The notes: a model not told the origin generated them from the letters alone. A stretch of 64,000 bases of DNA from Candidatus Yonathbacteria bacterium (GCA_013334825.1 JAAXWR010000001.1:11769-75768), one strand, 5' to 3'; positions 1 through 10,054 are shown, counted from the first letter of the stretch. Numbers and translations are program-made.

Positions 1-1
1 T

Positions 2-1417
2 ATTGATGAGATTGTGTTAGAAAAAGAAGGTAAGGAGTATCGTCGTGTCGTGGATGTCTTTGATTGTTGGTTTGAATCGGGCTCAATGCCGTTTGCGCAA
101 TTTGGATATCCCGCGCGGAACACAGAACTCTTTACCAAAAATTTTCCTGCTGACTTTATTGCTGAAGGAGTGGATCAGACACGTGGGTGGTTTTATTCAC
201 TTCTCATGCTCGGTGTCGGGCTTTTTGACCATGCGCCGTACAAGCATGTTATCGTGAATGGGCTTATTTTGGCAGAAGATGGTAAAAAGATGAGTAAGAA
301 ACTCAAGAATTATCCGGACCCGATGGATGTGGTCGCACGATATGGCGCGGACGCGCTTCGCATGTATCTGTTGGGCTCACCTGCGACACGAGGAGAGGAA
401 CTTCGTTTTTCAGAGAAGGGTGTTGATGAAGTGTATAAAAAGATAATCGCGCGTCTTGAAAACGTCGTGTCGTTTTATACGCTCTATGCTTCGCGTGATA
501 CACTTGGACAGGACACATCACCATCTACACATGTGCTTGATCGTTGGATTATGGCACGACTGTCAGAGGTGGCACGTGAAGTGACTGAGGCACTTGATGC
601 ATATGAACTTGATCGCGCAATACGTCCTTTCGGTGACTTTGTGGATGATGTGTCTACATGGTATGTGCGTCGTAGTCGTGAACGTATCAAAGACGAGAGT
701 GATGACGCGCGCGTCGCGCTCATGACGCTCCGCACGGTACTCCACGAGACGGCAATACTTCTTGCACCGTTTGCGCCATTTCTTGCAGAGCGTGTATATG
801 CGAACGTGCGCGGAGAAAAAGAGAGTGTGCATCTTGAGACATGGCCCCTCACTTCGCCAATACTCCGCGAGGCAGGCGAACAAGAAAGAGAGACTAACGT
901 AGATATTGTTGGAGATATGCAACGAGTGCGTGATATCGTATCACAAGCGCTTGAAGTACGTAAACGCGAAGGTATCAAAGTGCGCCAACCGCTCGCGACG
1001 CTCTATGTATCTTCGGATGAACTGTTTGTAAAAAATCCTGAACTTGCAGGCATCGTTAAAGACGAATTGAATGTGAAGGAAATCATTGCCGATACAGAGA
1101 AGGCGGAGGAGAGTGTTGCGTATGATATGACTATCACACTGGAGCTTCGCCGTGAAGGGCAGATGCGTGAACTTCTCCGTGCTGTGCAGGATGCGCGAAA
1201 AGCGTCAGGTATGTCGCCCGAGGACCGCGCGACTCTTTCGATTGTCGAAACACAGGGTATCCGCGCGATTGTCGAAGAACACAACGAGACAATCATGAAG
1301 ACAGCACTCCTTGACGACATCACACTCGTCCTGTCACTTGAGGGTGGCGCTTCCGCCGATCTTGGTGATGGAGTATCTGTGGTATTTGTGGTGGAGAAAA
1401 AAGAAAAAAGTAAATAA
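2..1417 (+). CDS. ileS: isoleucyl-tRNA synthetase, C-terminal part (5' end outside window)
   Basis: Open frame runs from the window edge. Class I KMSKS motif 'KMSKKLKNYPDP' and 'DCWFESGSMPFAQ' are typical of IleRS (type 2). An anticodon-binding-like tail follows. Confidence 0.8.
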   Translation: MDEIVLEKEGKEYRRVVDVFDCWFESGSMPFAQFGYPARNTELFTKNFPADFIAEGVDQTRGWFYSLLMLGVGLFDHAPYKHVIVNGLILAEDGKKMSKKLKNYPDPMDVVARYGADALRMYLLGSPATRGEELRFSEKGVDEVYKKIIARLENVVSFYTLYASRDTLGQDTSPSTHVLDRWIMARLSEVAREVTEALDAYELDRAIRPFGDFVDDVSTWYVRRSRERIKDESDDARVALMTLRTVLHETAILLAPFAPFLAERVYANVRGEKESVHLETWPLTSPILREAGEQERETNVDIVGDMQRVRDIVSQALEVRKREGIKVRQPLATLYVSSDELFVKNPELAGIVKDELNVKEIIADTEKAEESVAYDMTITLELRREGQMRELLRAVQDARKASGMSPEDRATLSIVETQGIRAIVEEHNETIMKTALLDDITLVLSLEGGASADLGDGVSVVFVVEKKEKSK

Positions 1418-1530
1418 AATGAAAACGAGGAGATTAAAAATTAGGAGATTAAACGAAACATGTTAAATAAAAAATAAACAAAGAATTTCGGTGCAGAGTA
1501 CTGATGTGTGAGGAATACCTATAAAAAAAT

Positions 1531-1564
1531 GGCGCAATAACTTTTCGGGAAAAGTTATTGCGCC
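1531..1564. terminator. GC-rich hairpin GGCGCAATAACTTTTC-GGGA-AAAGTTATTGCGCC, likely bidirectional terminator
   Basis: Perfect 15-bp inverted repeat. An A-run lies on the + side, which is a U-run for the minus-strand gene ending at 1570. It also sits downstream of ileS. Confidence 0.6.
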
Positions 1565-1569
1565 AGTGC

Positions 1570-1821
1570 TCACTCGTTACGACCTCGAATGAATAGCCAT
1601 ATCGCCAAGAGAGCACACAGAAGCGACATCCCGAAATACATCGAAGATGTTTGGGAAGGGATAACCCCGGTAATCAAAACAGGTGCTACTGCTTGTGACT
1701 GGGAAATCCATGAACCAAGGTACAGGGCGCATGAGCTCGCAATAGCCAGTACTAACCCTCTCAAGGTGTTCATTTTCATTAGTTGTGTATTTTTAGTTTT
1801 GTGAGATGACGGAAAAACCAA
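1570..1821 (-). CDS. small hypothetical membrane protein (83 aa)
   Basis: Two hydrophobic segments. Terminator hairpin immediately 3'. No homology recognised. Confidence 0.3.
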   Translation of the reverse strand: MVFPSSHKTKNTQLMKMNTLRGLVLAIASSCALYLGSWISQSQAVAPVLITGVIPSQTSSMYFGMSLLCALLAIWLFIRGRNE

Positions 1822-2045
1822 TTTGATTTATACTATATTGATAATATAAAGTCAATAGTTTCTAAAATATATGCTATTTATTTCTGAGATTTATATCATA
1901 GTAGTGACTTCCGAAAGGATGGTCCTCTTTAAATTGAAAAAAGTGTAGTCTAATAGTATCTCAATATAAACTGTTGGACGAATAGTGGAAAAGAAAAGTA
2001 TAATTCCTACGAACTACGAACTCGCTTTAGTCTCATTCAAACAAC

Positions 2046-2633
2046 TTGAAACTGACAACTCGTATGTACCACATCTACCATACCGAAGGCATCATACTTG
2101 CATCCGTGCCGACAGGGGAATCGGATCGCTTTTTTCATATACTGACACCCGACCTTGGGCTTATCCCCGTTGTTGCGCGTGGCTCGCGCGCGCTTGCCTC
2201 AAAGCTTCGTTATCATCTCGTGGAATATGGACATGTGGGACTCGATCTCGTGCGGGGTAAAGACGTCTGGACACTGACAGGAGTCTTACCGATGGAGGAT
2301 ACGTGTCCTGATGTACGGACTTATCGAGTGATGGCAGACGCATCAGCGTTTCTCAGACGTCTTATTCATGGAAGTGTAGCGTTGCCAGATATGTATACAG
2401 ATGTCCGTACACTTCGCACGCTTGCATCAAAAGTATCAGAAAAAAATATTGATGCGCTTCTTCTTGTGTTTCGTGTGAGAACACTTGCCACTCTTGGGTA
2501 TGGTGCATCTGATGAACTACTCACCCCTCTTATAGTGTCGCCCTTAAATGAAGAAGTGGTGCAGATGACTGCTGCACATGCACCATTCATTCGTGAAGCA
2601 ATCCGTATTGCCCTTGCCGATTCACATCTATAG
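2046..2633 (+). CDS. recO: DNA repair protein RecO-like (short form)
   Basis: N-terminal OB-fold pattern 'YHTEGIILASVPTGESDRFFHILTPDLGLIPVVARGSRALASKL' matches the RecO N-terminus. 'ALLLVFRVRTLATLGYG' resembles the RecO C-terminal helix. Confidence 0.55.
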   Translation: MKLTTRMYHIYHTEGIILASVPTGESDRFFHILTPDLGLIPVVARGSRALASKLRYHLVEYGHVGLDLVRGKDVWTLTGVLPMEDTCPDVRTYRVMADASAFLRRLIHGSVALPDMYTDVRTLRTLASKVSEKNIDALLLVFRVRTLATLGYGASDELLTPLIVSPLNEEVVQMTAAHAPFIREAIRIALADSHL

Positions 2634-4613
2634 ATGCGCGAGGGGCTTTCTATTTGCTATACTATAATTATGAATAGAGAATTTCATTCAGATATTGAAG
2701 AAGACGCGGGACGTATTGACGAAGTAAAAGAACGTCTATATGGGAAGAATTTTACTTCACGAAAAACATCTCTTCGCCCCGCATTTGGAACTCGTGACGC
2801 AGCACTCCCCTCATCTTGGGAAGGGCGTTCTGACGAAGACACTCCGGCTCCGCGTCCACGCAAAAAAGGATTTGGACTCCGTGTATTTTTTGTTACTTCA
2901 ATTATTTTTTTTATCGTTGCGGCAGGGATTGCTGGTGTTATGTTGATATGGGGAGGGAATGGTGTTTCTTCGGAACGGATTGAGATTGTCGTTGATGGCC
3001 CTGTTTCTGTTGCGGGTGGGGATGAGACAGATTTACATATTAAGATTACGAATAACAATCGAATGCCAATATTAGATGGAAATATGGTGATATCTTTCCC
3101 TTCAGGATTTCATGTGAAAGATACTGAAGGAAATGAAATAACCAGTCAATTTTTCTCCATTGGCGTCCTTGGGGCAGGGGAGACGAGTGAGCAGACACTC
3201 AAGGGAAGGATTTTTGGAGGTGAAGATGAAAGGAAACATATTGCCATTGTCATGGAATATCGTGTAGAAGATTCAAATGCCATATACACAAAAGAAGCAG
3301 GGTATGACATTGTGATTGACGCTGCCCCTATTGCGGTTTCGGTGGACACACTTCAGGAAGTAAATACAGGGCAAGAGACGGAGGTTACGATTACTGTGGT
3401 ATCCAATACAGATACGATTGCGGAAGACCTCGTTCTTTCAGTGGAATATCCTTTTGGTTTTGAACCAAAAACAGCAGACCCGAAACCCTTCTCAGGAACT
3501 ACCTTGTGGCGTTTGGGAGATTTACCTCCAGGAGCAGAACGCACCGTGACTATTCGTGGTATTGTACGTGGACAAAATAATGATGAAAAGACGTTTCGCG
3601 CTTTTGTAGGGCAAGAAGATCCTAAAAATCCAGGAGTATTAGGGGTGCTGTATAATGAAGCAGAAACATTTTTTGTCGTGAAAGACTTATTTCTTGGTGT
3701 AGGACTTTCTTTAAATAGTGAAGTAGATGATACCTACACATTTGGACCAGATACTGTCGTGCGTGGAGTTGTTACGTATACAAATAATCTCTCTGTTCCT
3801 CTGCGCAATGTCTCTATCGAAGTTGAACTTGATGGTGAGGCCGTTGATACATACGCCGTGGATGTACGTGATGGATATTACAATCCAACAACAAGCGTGT
3901 TGGTGTGGGATCGAACAACATACGATGAACTTGCATCTCTTGATGCGGGTGGATCGGGGACATTGTCTTTTTCATTCCGCACGCCCGTGCTTTCGAGTGG
4001 CACAAATGTGTTGGTAAAAAATCCTTCTATTGATGTCCGTGTCAACGTTGCGGGTGTCCGTGAAGGAGAAGAGAATGTAAACGAAGAGAGAGTTGGTGCT
4101 GTTGAACGTACTGTGTACGTTTGGTCAGATATGCATCTTGCGGCGCACGCAGTCTATGGAAATGGTCCTTTTAAAAACACAGGGCCTCTTCCACCTGTTG
4201 CGGGAAAAGAGACAACGTATACGGTTATGATGTCCGCGACCAATTCATCGAATAATCTTTCTGAAGTGACTGTGACGGGCGTGTTACCTCAAGGAGTTTC
4301 ATGGAAAGGTGTCATTGATCCTCTTCACGCAGCGGTCTCGTATAATGAATCGACGCGTAGTGTCACGTGGCGTATTGGACGTATGGAAGCGGGCGCGGGT
4401 ATTGCTGGTGCAGGACCTTCTGTTGCTTTTAGCATCGGACTTGTGCCGAGTACAACACAGATAGGAAGTGTTATTCCTTTAGTGTCCGATATTCGTATGA
4501 CTGGATATGATGAATATGCGCGCACACAAATTAGACAAACGGTACGTGATATCACTACCAATATTGTATCTGATCCTTCTTATACGCAAGGATGGGGGAC
4601 AGTGACTCGATAA
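2634..4613 (+). CDS. hypothetical membrane-anchored protein with large beta-rich extracytoplasmic domain
   Basis: 659-aa ORF. About 75-aa cytoplasmic N-terminus, one TM helix (FFVTSIIFFIVAAGIAGVMLIW), then T/V/S-rich repeats. The likely start is the internal M of 'MNREF'. Confidence 0.6.
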   Translation: MREGLSICYTIIMNREFHSDIEEDAGRIDEVKERLYGKNFTSRKTSLRPAFGTRDAALPSSWEGRSDEDTPAPRPRKKGFGLRVFFVTSIIFFIVAAGIAGVMLIWGGNGVSSERIEIVVDGPVSVAGGDETDLHIKITNNNRMPILDGNMVISFPSGFHVKDTEGNEITSQFFSIGVLGAGETSEQTLKGRIFGGEDERKHIAIVMEYRVEDSNAIYTKEAGYDIVIDAAPIAVSVDTLQEVNTGQETEVTITVVSNTDTIAEDLVLSVEYPFGFEPKTADPKPFSGTTLWRLGDLPPGAERTVTIRGIVRGQNNDEKTFRAFVGQEDPKNPGVLGVLYNEAETFFVVKDLFLGVGLSLNSEVDDTYTFGPDTVVRGVVTYTNNLSVPLRNVSIEVELDGEAVDTYAVDVRDGYYNPTTSVLVWDRTTYDELASLDAGGSGTLSFSFRTPVLSSGTNVLVKNPSIDVRVNVAGVREGEENVNEERVGAVERTVYVWSDMHLAAHAVYGNGPFKNTGPLPPVAGKETTYTVMMSATNSSNNLSEVTVTGVLPQGVSWKGVIDPLHAAVSYNESTRSVTWRIGRMEAGAGIAGAGPSVAFSIGLVPSTTQIGSVIPLVSDIRMTGYDEYARTQIRQTVRDITTNIVSDPSYTQGWGTVTR

Positions 4614-4666
4614 CACGTAGTGCATGCACTGTTGTCGGCATGTAGTTTTTTTGATATTGTGGTTAT

Positions 4667-6046
4667 ATGAATACACAAAAAACGATGGAAGATATTGTCG
4701 CATTTGCAAAACGTAAAGGATTCGTGTTTCAAGGATCTGAGATATATGGAGGTGCTGCGGGGTTGTATGATTTTGGTCCACATGGAGTGGAACTCTTGAA
4801 CAATATCAAAGCTTCATGGTGGAAAACGAATGTCCATGATAAACAGCAGTATTATGGACTTGATTCTGCCATGTTTAAAGACCCGCGTGTGTGGGAAGCG
4901 TCGGGACATGTGGGAGGATTTTCAGACCCGCTCGCGGAATGTCGGACTTGCAATACACGTATTCGTGTTGATAAAGAACTTGAACGTATTGGTGTTCATG
5001 CAGATGAAAAAATGAGTGAAGGAGATATTAACGCACTATTTACTCAACACAAAGCGAGCATTTCTTGTCCCAAATGTGGGGGACATGATTTTACAGATGC
5101 ACGTGCGTTTAATCTGCTTGTGAAGTCAAATCTTGGAGATTTTACATCCAAAGGTGATAATCCTGTGTATTTACCAGGAGAAGCGTGTCAGGGTATTTAT
5201 CTCAATTATAAAAATGTTGTTGACTCTATGCATCCGAGTATACCATTCGGTATTGCGCAAATAGGGAAGGCGTTTCGCAATGAGATTTCACCGCGTAATT
5301 TTTTGTTTCGTACTCGTGAATTCGAACAAGCGGATACGCAGTATTTTGTTCGTCCGCATGAAAATAAAGATGCATATGAAACAATTAAAAAAGACCGCTG
5401 GCAGTGGTATCTGTCGCTTGGTATTGATGAAAGCCATTTGCGCTGGAAGCAACATGAGAACCTTGTATTTTATGCTTCAGATGCGTGGGATATTGAGTAT
5501 GACTTTCCTACGTATGGGTTTGATGAAGTGGAGGGTATTCACGATCGTACCGATTATGATTTAACCCAACATACCAAGTATTCTGGTACTGATCTTTCGT
5601 ATAATGATAATGGTGAAAAATTTATTCCGTGGATTTTGGAAACATCGATGGGACTTGGTCGTGTGTTTCTCGCGGTATTGTCCGAGGCGTATGATGTTGA
5701 TGAACTTGGAGGGGAAGCGCGTACTGTCCTCCGCTTGCCGGGGCATGTAGCACCGGTTAAAGTTGCTGTTTTTCCTCTTGTCAAAAATAAGCCAGAGCTT
5801 GTGGAGAAAGCACGTGGAGTCTATAGCGAACTCAAGAAACATATTTCGACGGTTGCGTGGGATGATAATGGTAATGTAGGGAAGCGCTATCGGAGACAAG
5901 ATGAAATAGGAACTCCCTATTGCGTCACAATCGATTATGACACACTTGAGTCAGACACCGTAACCGTACGTGATCGCGATACAGGAGAGCAGATACGGAT
6001 GCCGATTGCGGAACTTGCATCATATATTGCTGAAAACATAAAGTAG
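4667..6046 (+). CDS. glyQS: glycyl-tRNA synthetase (class II, alpha2 type)
   Basis: 'FAKRKGFVFQGSEIYGGAAGLYDFGPHGVELLNNIKASWW' is a near-canonical GlyQS N-terminus. Class II motifs and a C-terminal anticodon-binding domain are present. Confidence 0.9.
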   Translation: MNTQKTMEDIVAFAKRKGFVFQGSEIYGGAAGLYDFGPHGVELLNNIKASWWKTNVHDKQQYYGLDSAMFKDPRVWEASGHVGGFSDPLAECRTCNTRIRVDKELERIGVHADEKMSEGDINALFTQHKASISCPKCGGHDFTDARAFNLLVKSNLGDFTSKGDNPVYLPGEACQGIYLNYKNVVDSMHPSIPFGIAQIGKAFRNEISPRNFLFRTREFEQADTQYFVRPHENKDAYETIKKDRWQWYLSLGIDESHLRWKQHENLVFYASDAWDIEYDFPTYGFDEVEGIHDRTDYDLTQHTKYSGTDLSYNDNGEKFIPWILETSMGLGRVFLAVLSEAYDVDELGGEARTVLRLPGHVAPVKVAVFPLVKNKPELVEKARGVYSELKKHISTVAWDDNGNVGKRYRRQDEIGTPYCVTIDYDTLESDTVTVRDRDTGEQIRMPIAELASYIAENIK

Positions 6047-6057
6047 AAAGAAAAAAG

Positions 6058-6101
6058 ACACAATACCACGGTGGGCTAAATGCCCACCGTGGTATTGTGT
6101 G
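6058..6101 (+). terminator. rho-independent terminator after glyQS
   Basis: 19-bp perfect inverted repeat CACAATACCACGGTGGGC / GCCCACCGTGGTATTGTG. Confidence 0.6.
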
Positions 6102-6157
6102 AGTGGCGTCTTTCTGGTATGGTGCGTAAAGAGAATGTTCAATCAACCAATTGAGAT

Positions 6158-6592
6158 ATGTGGAAAAGATACCAAGAGAATACGTGGCTTCACTACGTTG
6201 ATGCTCTCCGTGAAAAAGCTGATATCGTTGATGTTGTACGGAGTGAACATATCAAGATAAAAAAGTGCGGGAAGGATTGGCTTGGGTGTAGTCCATTTAA
6301 TCGGGAACAGAAACCCTCATTTCGTGTTTCTCAAGAGAAACAGATATTCAAATGTTTTTCTACAGGGAAAGGAGGTAATGTGTTCACATTTTTTATGGAA
6401 ATACGAAAGTGTACATTTAGTGAGGCTGTGGCTATGATTGCGAAGATGTATCATTTTGGATACGTACAGTGGAAGGACGAAAAGAAGAAACGTCCTGGTG
6501 GGACAGAACACCTCCATCATTCCACGGCGACCTCTCAGAACGCATGTCTTGGTCAAAAGATCCACGATGAAGACGATGACTTACCATTTTGA
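6158..6592 (+). CDS. DnaG-type (CHC2) zinc-finger-like protein, stand-alone and degenerate
   Basis: 'CSPFNREQKPSFRVSQEKQIFKCFSTGKGGNVFTFFM' aligns to the primase zinc-binding motif CPFHxEKTPSFxV..CFGCGxGGN, but His is replaced by Asn and Cys-x-Cys by Ser-Thr. No TOPRIM domain follows (144 aa). Confidence 0.5.
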   Translation: MWKRYQENTWLHYVDALREKADIVDVVRSEHIKIKKCGKDWLGCSPFNREQKPSFRVSQEKQIFKCFSTGKGGNVFTFFMEIRKCTFSEAVAMIAKMYHFGYVQWKDEKKKRPGGTEHLHHSTATSQNACLGQKIHDEDDDLPF

Positions 6593-6596
6593 AAGA

Positions 6597-6622
6597 AAGG
6601 CGCCAAAAGTGGCGCCTTTTTG
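6597..6622 (+). terminator. rho-independent terminator
   Basis: AAAGGCGCC-AAAAGT-GGCGCCTTTTT. Confidence 0.7.
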
Positions 6623-6842
6623 TACCCGACATGTTTTCAAAGAGCACATATGCTATTTGAAGCACGTCGCATTAAACGGGAGCGATTCCATTCCGACATC
6701 GCGGGATGTTTTGGTGCGGGAATGGCGCGACTGCACTCAGGAAGATGCGGATAGCATATGAGCTGAGTGCCCCCTTAGAGTTAAGCATATCTGAAACATG
6801 CAGTATGTCAACATATGTCCGCTTGTTCGTATGCTTTAGCAC

Positions 6843-7922
6843 GTGTATGATTGTAGTATGTCTGAAAAACATATCTCCATATCCATCACAACGGGAACGA
6901 TTGTGCATGCGATGCTTATCGGCATACTCTTTTGGCTTGTGTATGTGCTTCGCGATATCGCGCTTGTTGTTCTCTCGGCTGTCGTGATTGCTTCTGCTAT
7001 GGAGCCTGCAATCAAGTGGTTTGGAAGCTTTAAGATTCCACGTGTCGCAGGTGTCCTTCTTACCTATGCGATTGTATTTTTTATTTTGGGCGGTGTGGTG
7101 TATCTTTTTATCCCACTGTTTATCGAACAACTAGGTAATGTAGCAGGACTTCTTCCCAAATATCTTGATATGCTCAGTTCGTGGACGGCGTCACCCGAAG
7201 CTACGGTGTATGCACCCAAGAGCCTTGTGGGTGATTTGTCGGATACGTTTTCTGTAGCAAAATCGATTGAGGCAATGCGCATGTCAATGACATCTGCGAC
7301 GGGGGATATGTTTCATCTCGCAGGGACAGTCTTTGGGGGAGTATTTGGATTTATCTTGGTTGTTGTTCTTTCGTTTTATCTTGCGGTACAAGAGCATGGT
7401 GTTGAGGATTTTCTTCGTTTTGTTGCGCCAGCAAAATATGAACCATATATTGTTGGATTGTGGAAACGTTCTCAAGCAAAAATAGGTAAATGGATGCAGG
7501 GGCAACTTCTTCTCGGTGTACTTATTGGTGTGTTGGTGTATCTCGGACTTACGATTCTTGGTGTAGAGTATGCGCTTGTACTCGCGCTTATCGCCGCAGT
7601 TGCTGAGCTCATCCCGATATTTGGCCCTATCATTTCTGCAGTACCTGCAATTGCCATTGGCTTTCTTGACAGTATGACATCAGGTCTTGTGATTACGGGA
7701 CTCTACGTCATTATTCAACAGTTTGAAAATCATCTGATTTATCCACTTGTGGTGCGTAAGGTTGTGGGAGTACCACCTATTGTATCCATTCTCGCTCTTG
7801 TTATCGGAGGAAATCTCGCGGGATTTGTAGGCATGCTTCTTTCTGTTCCTATTGCGACAGTTATCATGGAACTCATGGATGATATGTATGAACGTAAACG
7901 TTCTCTGCTTACCACTAAATAA
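6843..7922 (+). CDS. AI-2E family transporter (PerM/TqsA-like permease)
   Basis: Multi-pass membrane protein. 'LSAVVIASAMEPAIKW' and the overall TM pattern are typical of UPF0118/AI-2E. Confidence 0.75.
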   Translation: MYDCSMSEKHISISITTGTIVHAMLIGILFWLVYVLRDIALVVLSAVVIASAMEPAIKWFGSFKIPRVAGVLLTYAIVFFILGGVVYLFIPLFIEQLGNVAGLLPKYLDMLSSWTASPEATVYAPKSLVGDLSDTFSVAKSIEAMRMSMTSATGDMFHLAGTVFGGVFGFILVVVLSFYLAVQEHGVEDFLRFVAPAKYEPYIVGLWKRSQAKIGKWMQGQLLLGVLIGVLVYLGLTILGVEYALVLALIAAVAELIPIFGPIISAVPAIAIGFLDSMTSGLVITGLYVIIQQFENHLIYPLVVRKVVGVPPIVSILALVIGGNLAGFVGMLLSVPIATVIMELMDDMYERKRSLLTTK

Positions 7923-7925
7923 CAT

Positions 7926-7990
7926 TGGAAAAACTATAAACGATAAAAAGAAAAAACTATAAACGATGAAATAAGAAAAGAGAAATATGG
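7926..7990 (+). repeat. three direct repeats of AAAACTATAAACGAT(A/G)AAA
   Basis: Seen directly: 'aaaactataaacgataaaaagaaaaaactataaacgatgaaa...aaaactataaatgataaaaa'. Confidence 0.6.
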
Positions 7991-8026
7991 GAAGAGAAAA
8001 CTATAAATGATAAAAATAAAGAAGTT

Positions 8027-8095
8027 ATATTCGTATATTCGTACACATTCGTTATTCGTAACCGTTCTTGAAACTTGAAACTTGAAACTCGTCCA
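8027..8095 (+). repeat. module A of dispersed intergenic element (ATTCGTA heptamer array + CTTGAAACT repeats)
   Basis: 'tattcgtatattcgtacacattcgttattcgtaaccgttcttgaaacttgaaacttgaaactcg'. The same module is at 9582, 10055, 24071, 29079, 30172, 32731, 34008, 34288 and 38800. Confidence 0.8.
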
Positions 8096-8135
8096 TATTG
8101 TCTCGCCTGGCATTTAGGTTTATAGTGGAGAGACT

Positions 8136-9584
8136 ATGCCACACAATAAACCTTTTTATATTACTACCACGCTTCCGTATGTGAACGCCGATCCACATGT
8201 CGGTTTTGCAATGGAGATTATTCGCGCTGATGCTGTTGCGCGATACAAGACACTTCGTGGGTATGATGTATTCTTTAATACAGGCACTGATGAGCACGGG
8301 ATGAAGATGGAACGTGCAGCACGTGATGCGGGCAAGACACCACAAGCGTATGTGGATGCCTACGCGGAACGGTTTCGCGGACTCATTGACCTTCTCGGTA
8401 TTTCACCTGATGTACACTTTATTCGGACAACAGATGAACATCATATGCATGCCGCACAGGCATTTTGGAAGTTGTGTGCGGACAATGGATATATTTATAA
8501 AAAAGAATATGAAGCGAAATATTGTGTTGGGTGTGAATTAGAAAAAACTGACTCTGAATTGGTTGATGGACGATGTCCCGAACATCCAAACAAAGACATT
8601 GAGATTATTAAAGAAGAAAATTACTTTTTTAAATTTTCTGCATTTCAAGAGAAACTTCTTGCCTTGTATGAAGCGCGACCTGATTTTGTTCGTCCTGACG
8701 TACGTTTTAATAATATTAAAAAATTTGTTGAAGGGGGATTGCAAGATTTTAGTATTTCACGGTTGAAAGAAAAAATGTCATGGGGTATTCCTGTCCCTGG
8801 AGATGATGCACATGTGATGTATGTGTGGTTTGATGCACTGGTTAATTATGTTTCAACGCTCGGTTGGCCAGAAGATACAGAAACATTTTATAGATATTGG
8901 GGAGAGGGAAATCCCGTGCAGTATGCGGGCAAAGACAATCTCCGCCAGCAATCTGCTATTTGGCAGGCGATGCTTATGGCAGCAGGACTCCCTAATACAT
9001 ATACCGTCGTGATTGACGGATTTATCACGGGTGGCGGAGGAGTAAAGATGAGTAAATCACTCGGTAATGTGGTGAATCCGTATGATGTTGTGAGTGCGTA
9101 TGGAACAGATGCGCTCCGCTATTTCCTTTTGCGTCATGTGCACCCATTTGAGGATTCTGATTTTACCATGGAGCGATTTGCTGATGATTATACCGCTCAT
9201 TTAGTGAATGGACTGGGAAATCTTACGAATCGTATTCTCAAGATGAGTGAGACGTATGTTGACGAACCCGTACCTGTCATCAAGAAAAGACTCGAAGATT
9301 TTCCTACCTATTGTGAATCTGCCGATATGTTTGAATGGCATAAGGTTGCTGATAGTGTATGGGAAAAAGTGGGTGCAGCTGATGCACGTATTCAAGAATC
9401 TGAACCATTCAAACTGGTAAAGACTGATCCCGAAAAGGCAAAAAAGATTGTCGTGGAACTTGTGCAAGAACTTTCTGATATTGCCGTGCTTCTTGCGCCA
9501 CTTCTTCCTGAAACTGCACGCAAGATAGAGGAGGGGATTGCAAAGAATAAAAAACCAGAGTTACCACTTTTCGCGAGAAAGTAA
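8136..9584 (+). CDS. metG: methionyl-tRNA synthetase (minimal form)
   Basis: 'ADAVARYKTLRGYDVFFNTGTDEHGMKME' and 'KMSKSLGNVVNP' are MetRS signatures. 482 aa, no C-terminal dimerisation domain. Confidence 0.9.
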   Translation: MPHNKPFYITTTLPYVNADPHVGFAMEIIRADAVARYKTLRGYDVFFNTGTDEHGMKMERAARDAGKTPQAYVDAYAERFRGLIDLLGISPDVHFIRTTDEHHMHAAQAFWKLCADNGYIYKKEYEAKYCVGCELEKTDSELVDGRCPEHPNKDIEIIKEENYFFKFSAFQEKLLALYEARPDFVRPDVRFNNIKKFVEGGLQDFSISRLKEKMSWGIPVPGDDAHVMYVWFDALVNYVSTLGWPEDTETFYRYWGEGNPVQYAGKDNLRQQSAIWQAMLMAAGLPNTYTVVIDGFITGGGGVKMSKSLGNVVNPYDVVSAYGTDALRYFLLRHVHPFEDSDFTMERFADDYTAHLVNGLGNLTNRILKMSETYVDEPVPVIKKRLEDFPTYCESADMFEWHKVADSVWEKVGAADARIQESEPFKLVKTDPEKAKKIVVELVQELSDIAVLLAPLLPETARKIEEGIAKNKKPELPLFARK

Positions 9585-9630
9585 TGTTTACGAATAACGA
9601 ATGTTTACGAATATACGAATAATATTTCTT
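9582..9630 (-). repeat. module A, inverted copy (overlaps metG stop)
   Basis: 'gtttacgaataacgaatgtttacgaatatacgaataat' is the reverse complement of the ATTCGTA array. Confidence 0.7.
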
Positions 9631-9645
9631 AATATAAAAGTATAA

Positions 9646-10038
9646 ATGAAAAATCTTATAAAAAAAGAAATTCTCTATCCAGAGCTTAGTTATATTATTA
9701 TGGGCTGTTTATTTAATGTTCATAATGAGATTGGGTCAGGACACAAAGAGAGAATCTACGAGAGGGCGGTTGCTGAAGCTTTTATAGAGAGAGGGCTCTC
9801 TTTTAAGGAACAAGTATACGTCCCTGTTATTTTTCATGATAAGTATGTGGGTAAATATTTTCTCGATTTTCTGGTCGATGGGAAAATTGTTGTTGAATTA
9901 AAAGCGGGCGATCAATTTCTGAAGAAAGATACAGATCAGATATTGAGATATTTGCAGATACATAATATTTCATTAGGTATTCTTGCGCGTTTTACATCTC
10001 GTGGAGTAATTGCAAAAAGGATAATACACATAAAATAA
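9646..10038 (+). CDS. GxxExxY family protein (PD-(D/E)XK nuclease-like)
   Basis: 130 aa. 'SYIIMGCLFNVHNEIGSGHKERIYERAVAEAF...VELKA' fits the GxxExxY architecture, with a variant G-x-x-E motif (GHKERIY). Confidence 0.65.
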   Translation: MKNLIKKEILYPELSYIIMGCLFNVHNEIGSGHKERIYERAVAEAFIERGLSFKEQVYVPVIFHDKYVGKYFLDFLVDGKIVVELKAGDQFLKKDTDQILRYLQIHNISLGILARFTSRGVIAKRIIHIK

Positions 10039-10054
10039 TTTTTTATTTTGTAGA

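Noticed and set aside
2046-2063. Start at 2046 for recO ('MKLTTR')
   Set aside because: It may be real, but the RecO-like similarity begins at the internal M (about 2064, 'MYHIYHTEG'). The start codon is uncertain, so the full ORF is reported with that caveat.
6640-6840. Possible tRNA or other small RNA in the intergenic regions (for example 6640-6840 and 52470-53140)
   Set aside because: Scanning the intergenic spaces by eye found no GTTCGAATC-type T-arm or cloverleaf candidates. The region 52900-53140 is better explained as the 23S leader/processing stem. A tRNAscan or Infernal run would be needed to be sure.
6672-7130. 152-aa minus-strand ORF overlapping the start of the AI-2E transporter gene
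   Set aside because: It overlaps a well-supported + strand gene and an intergenic promoter region. Its composition is K/H/R-rich with no motif. Likely spurious.
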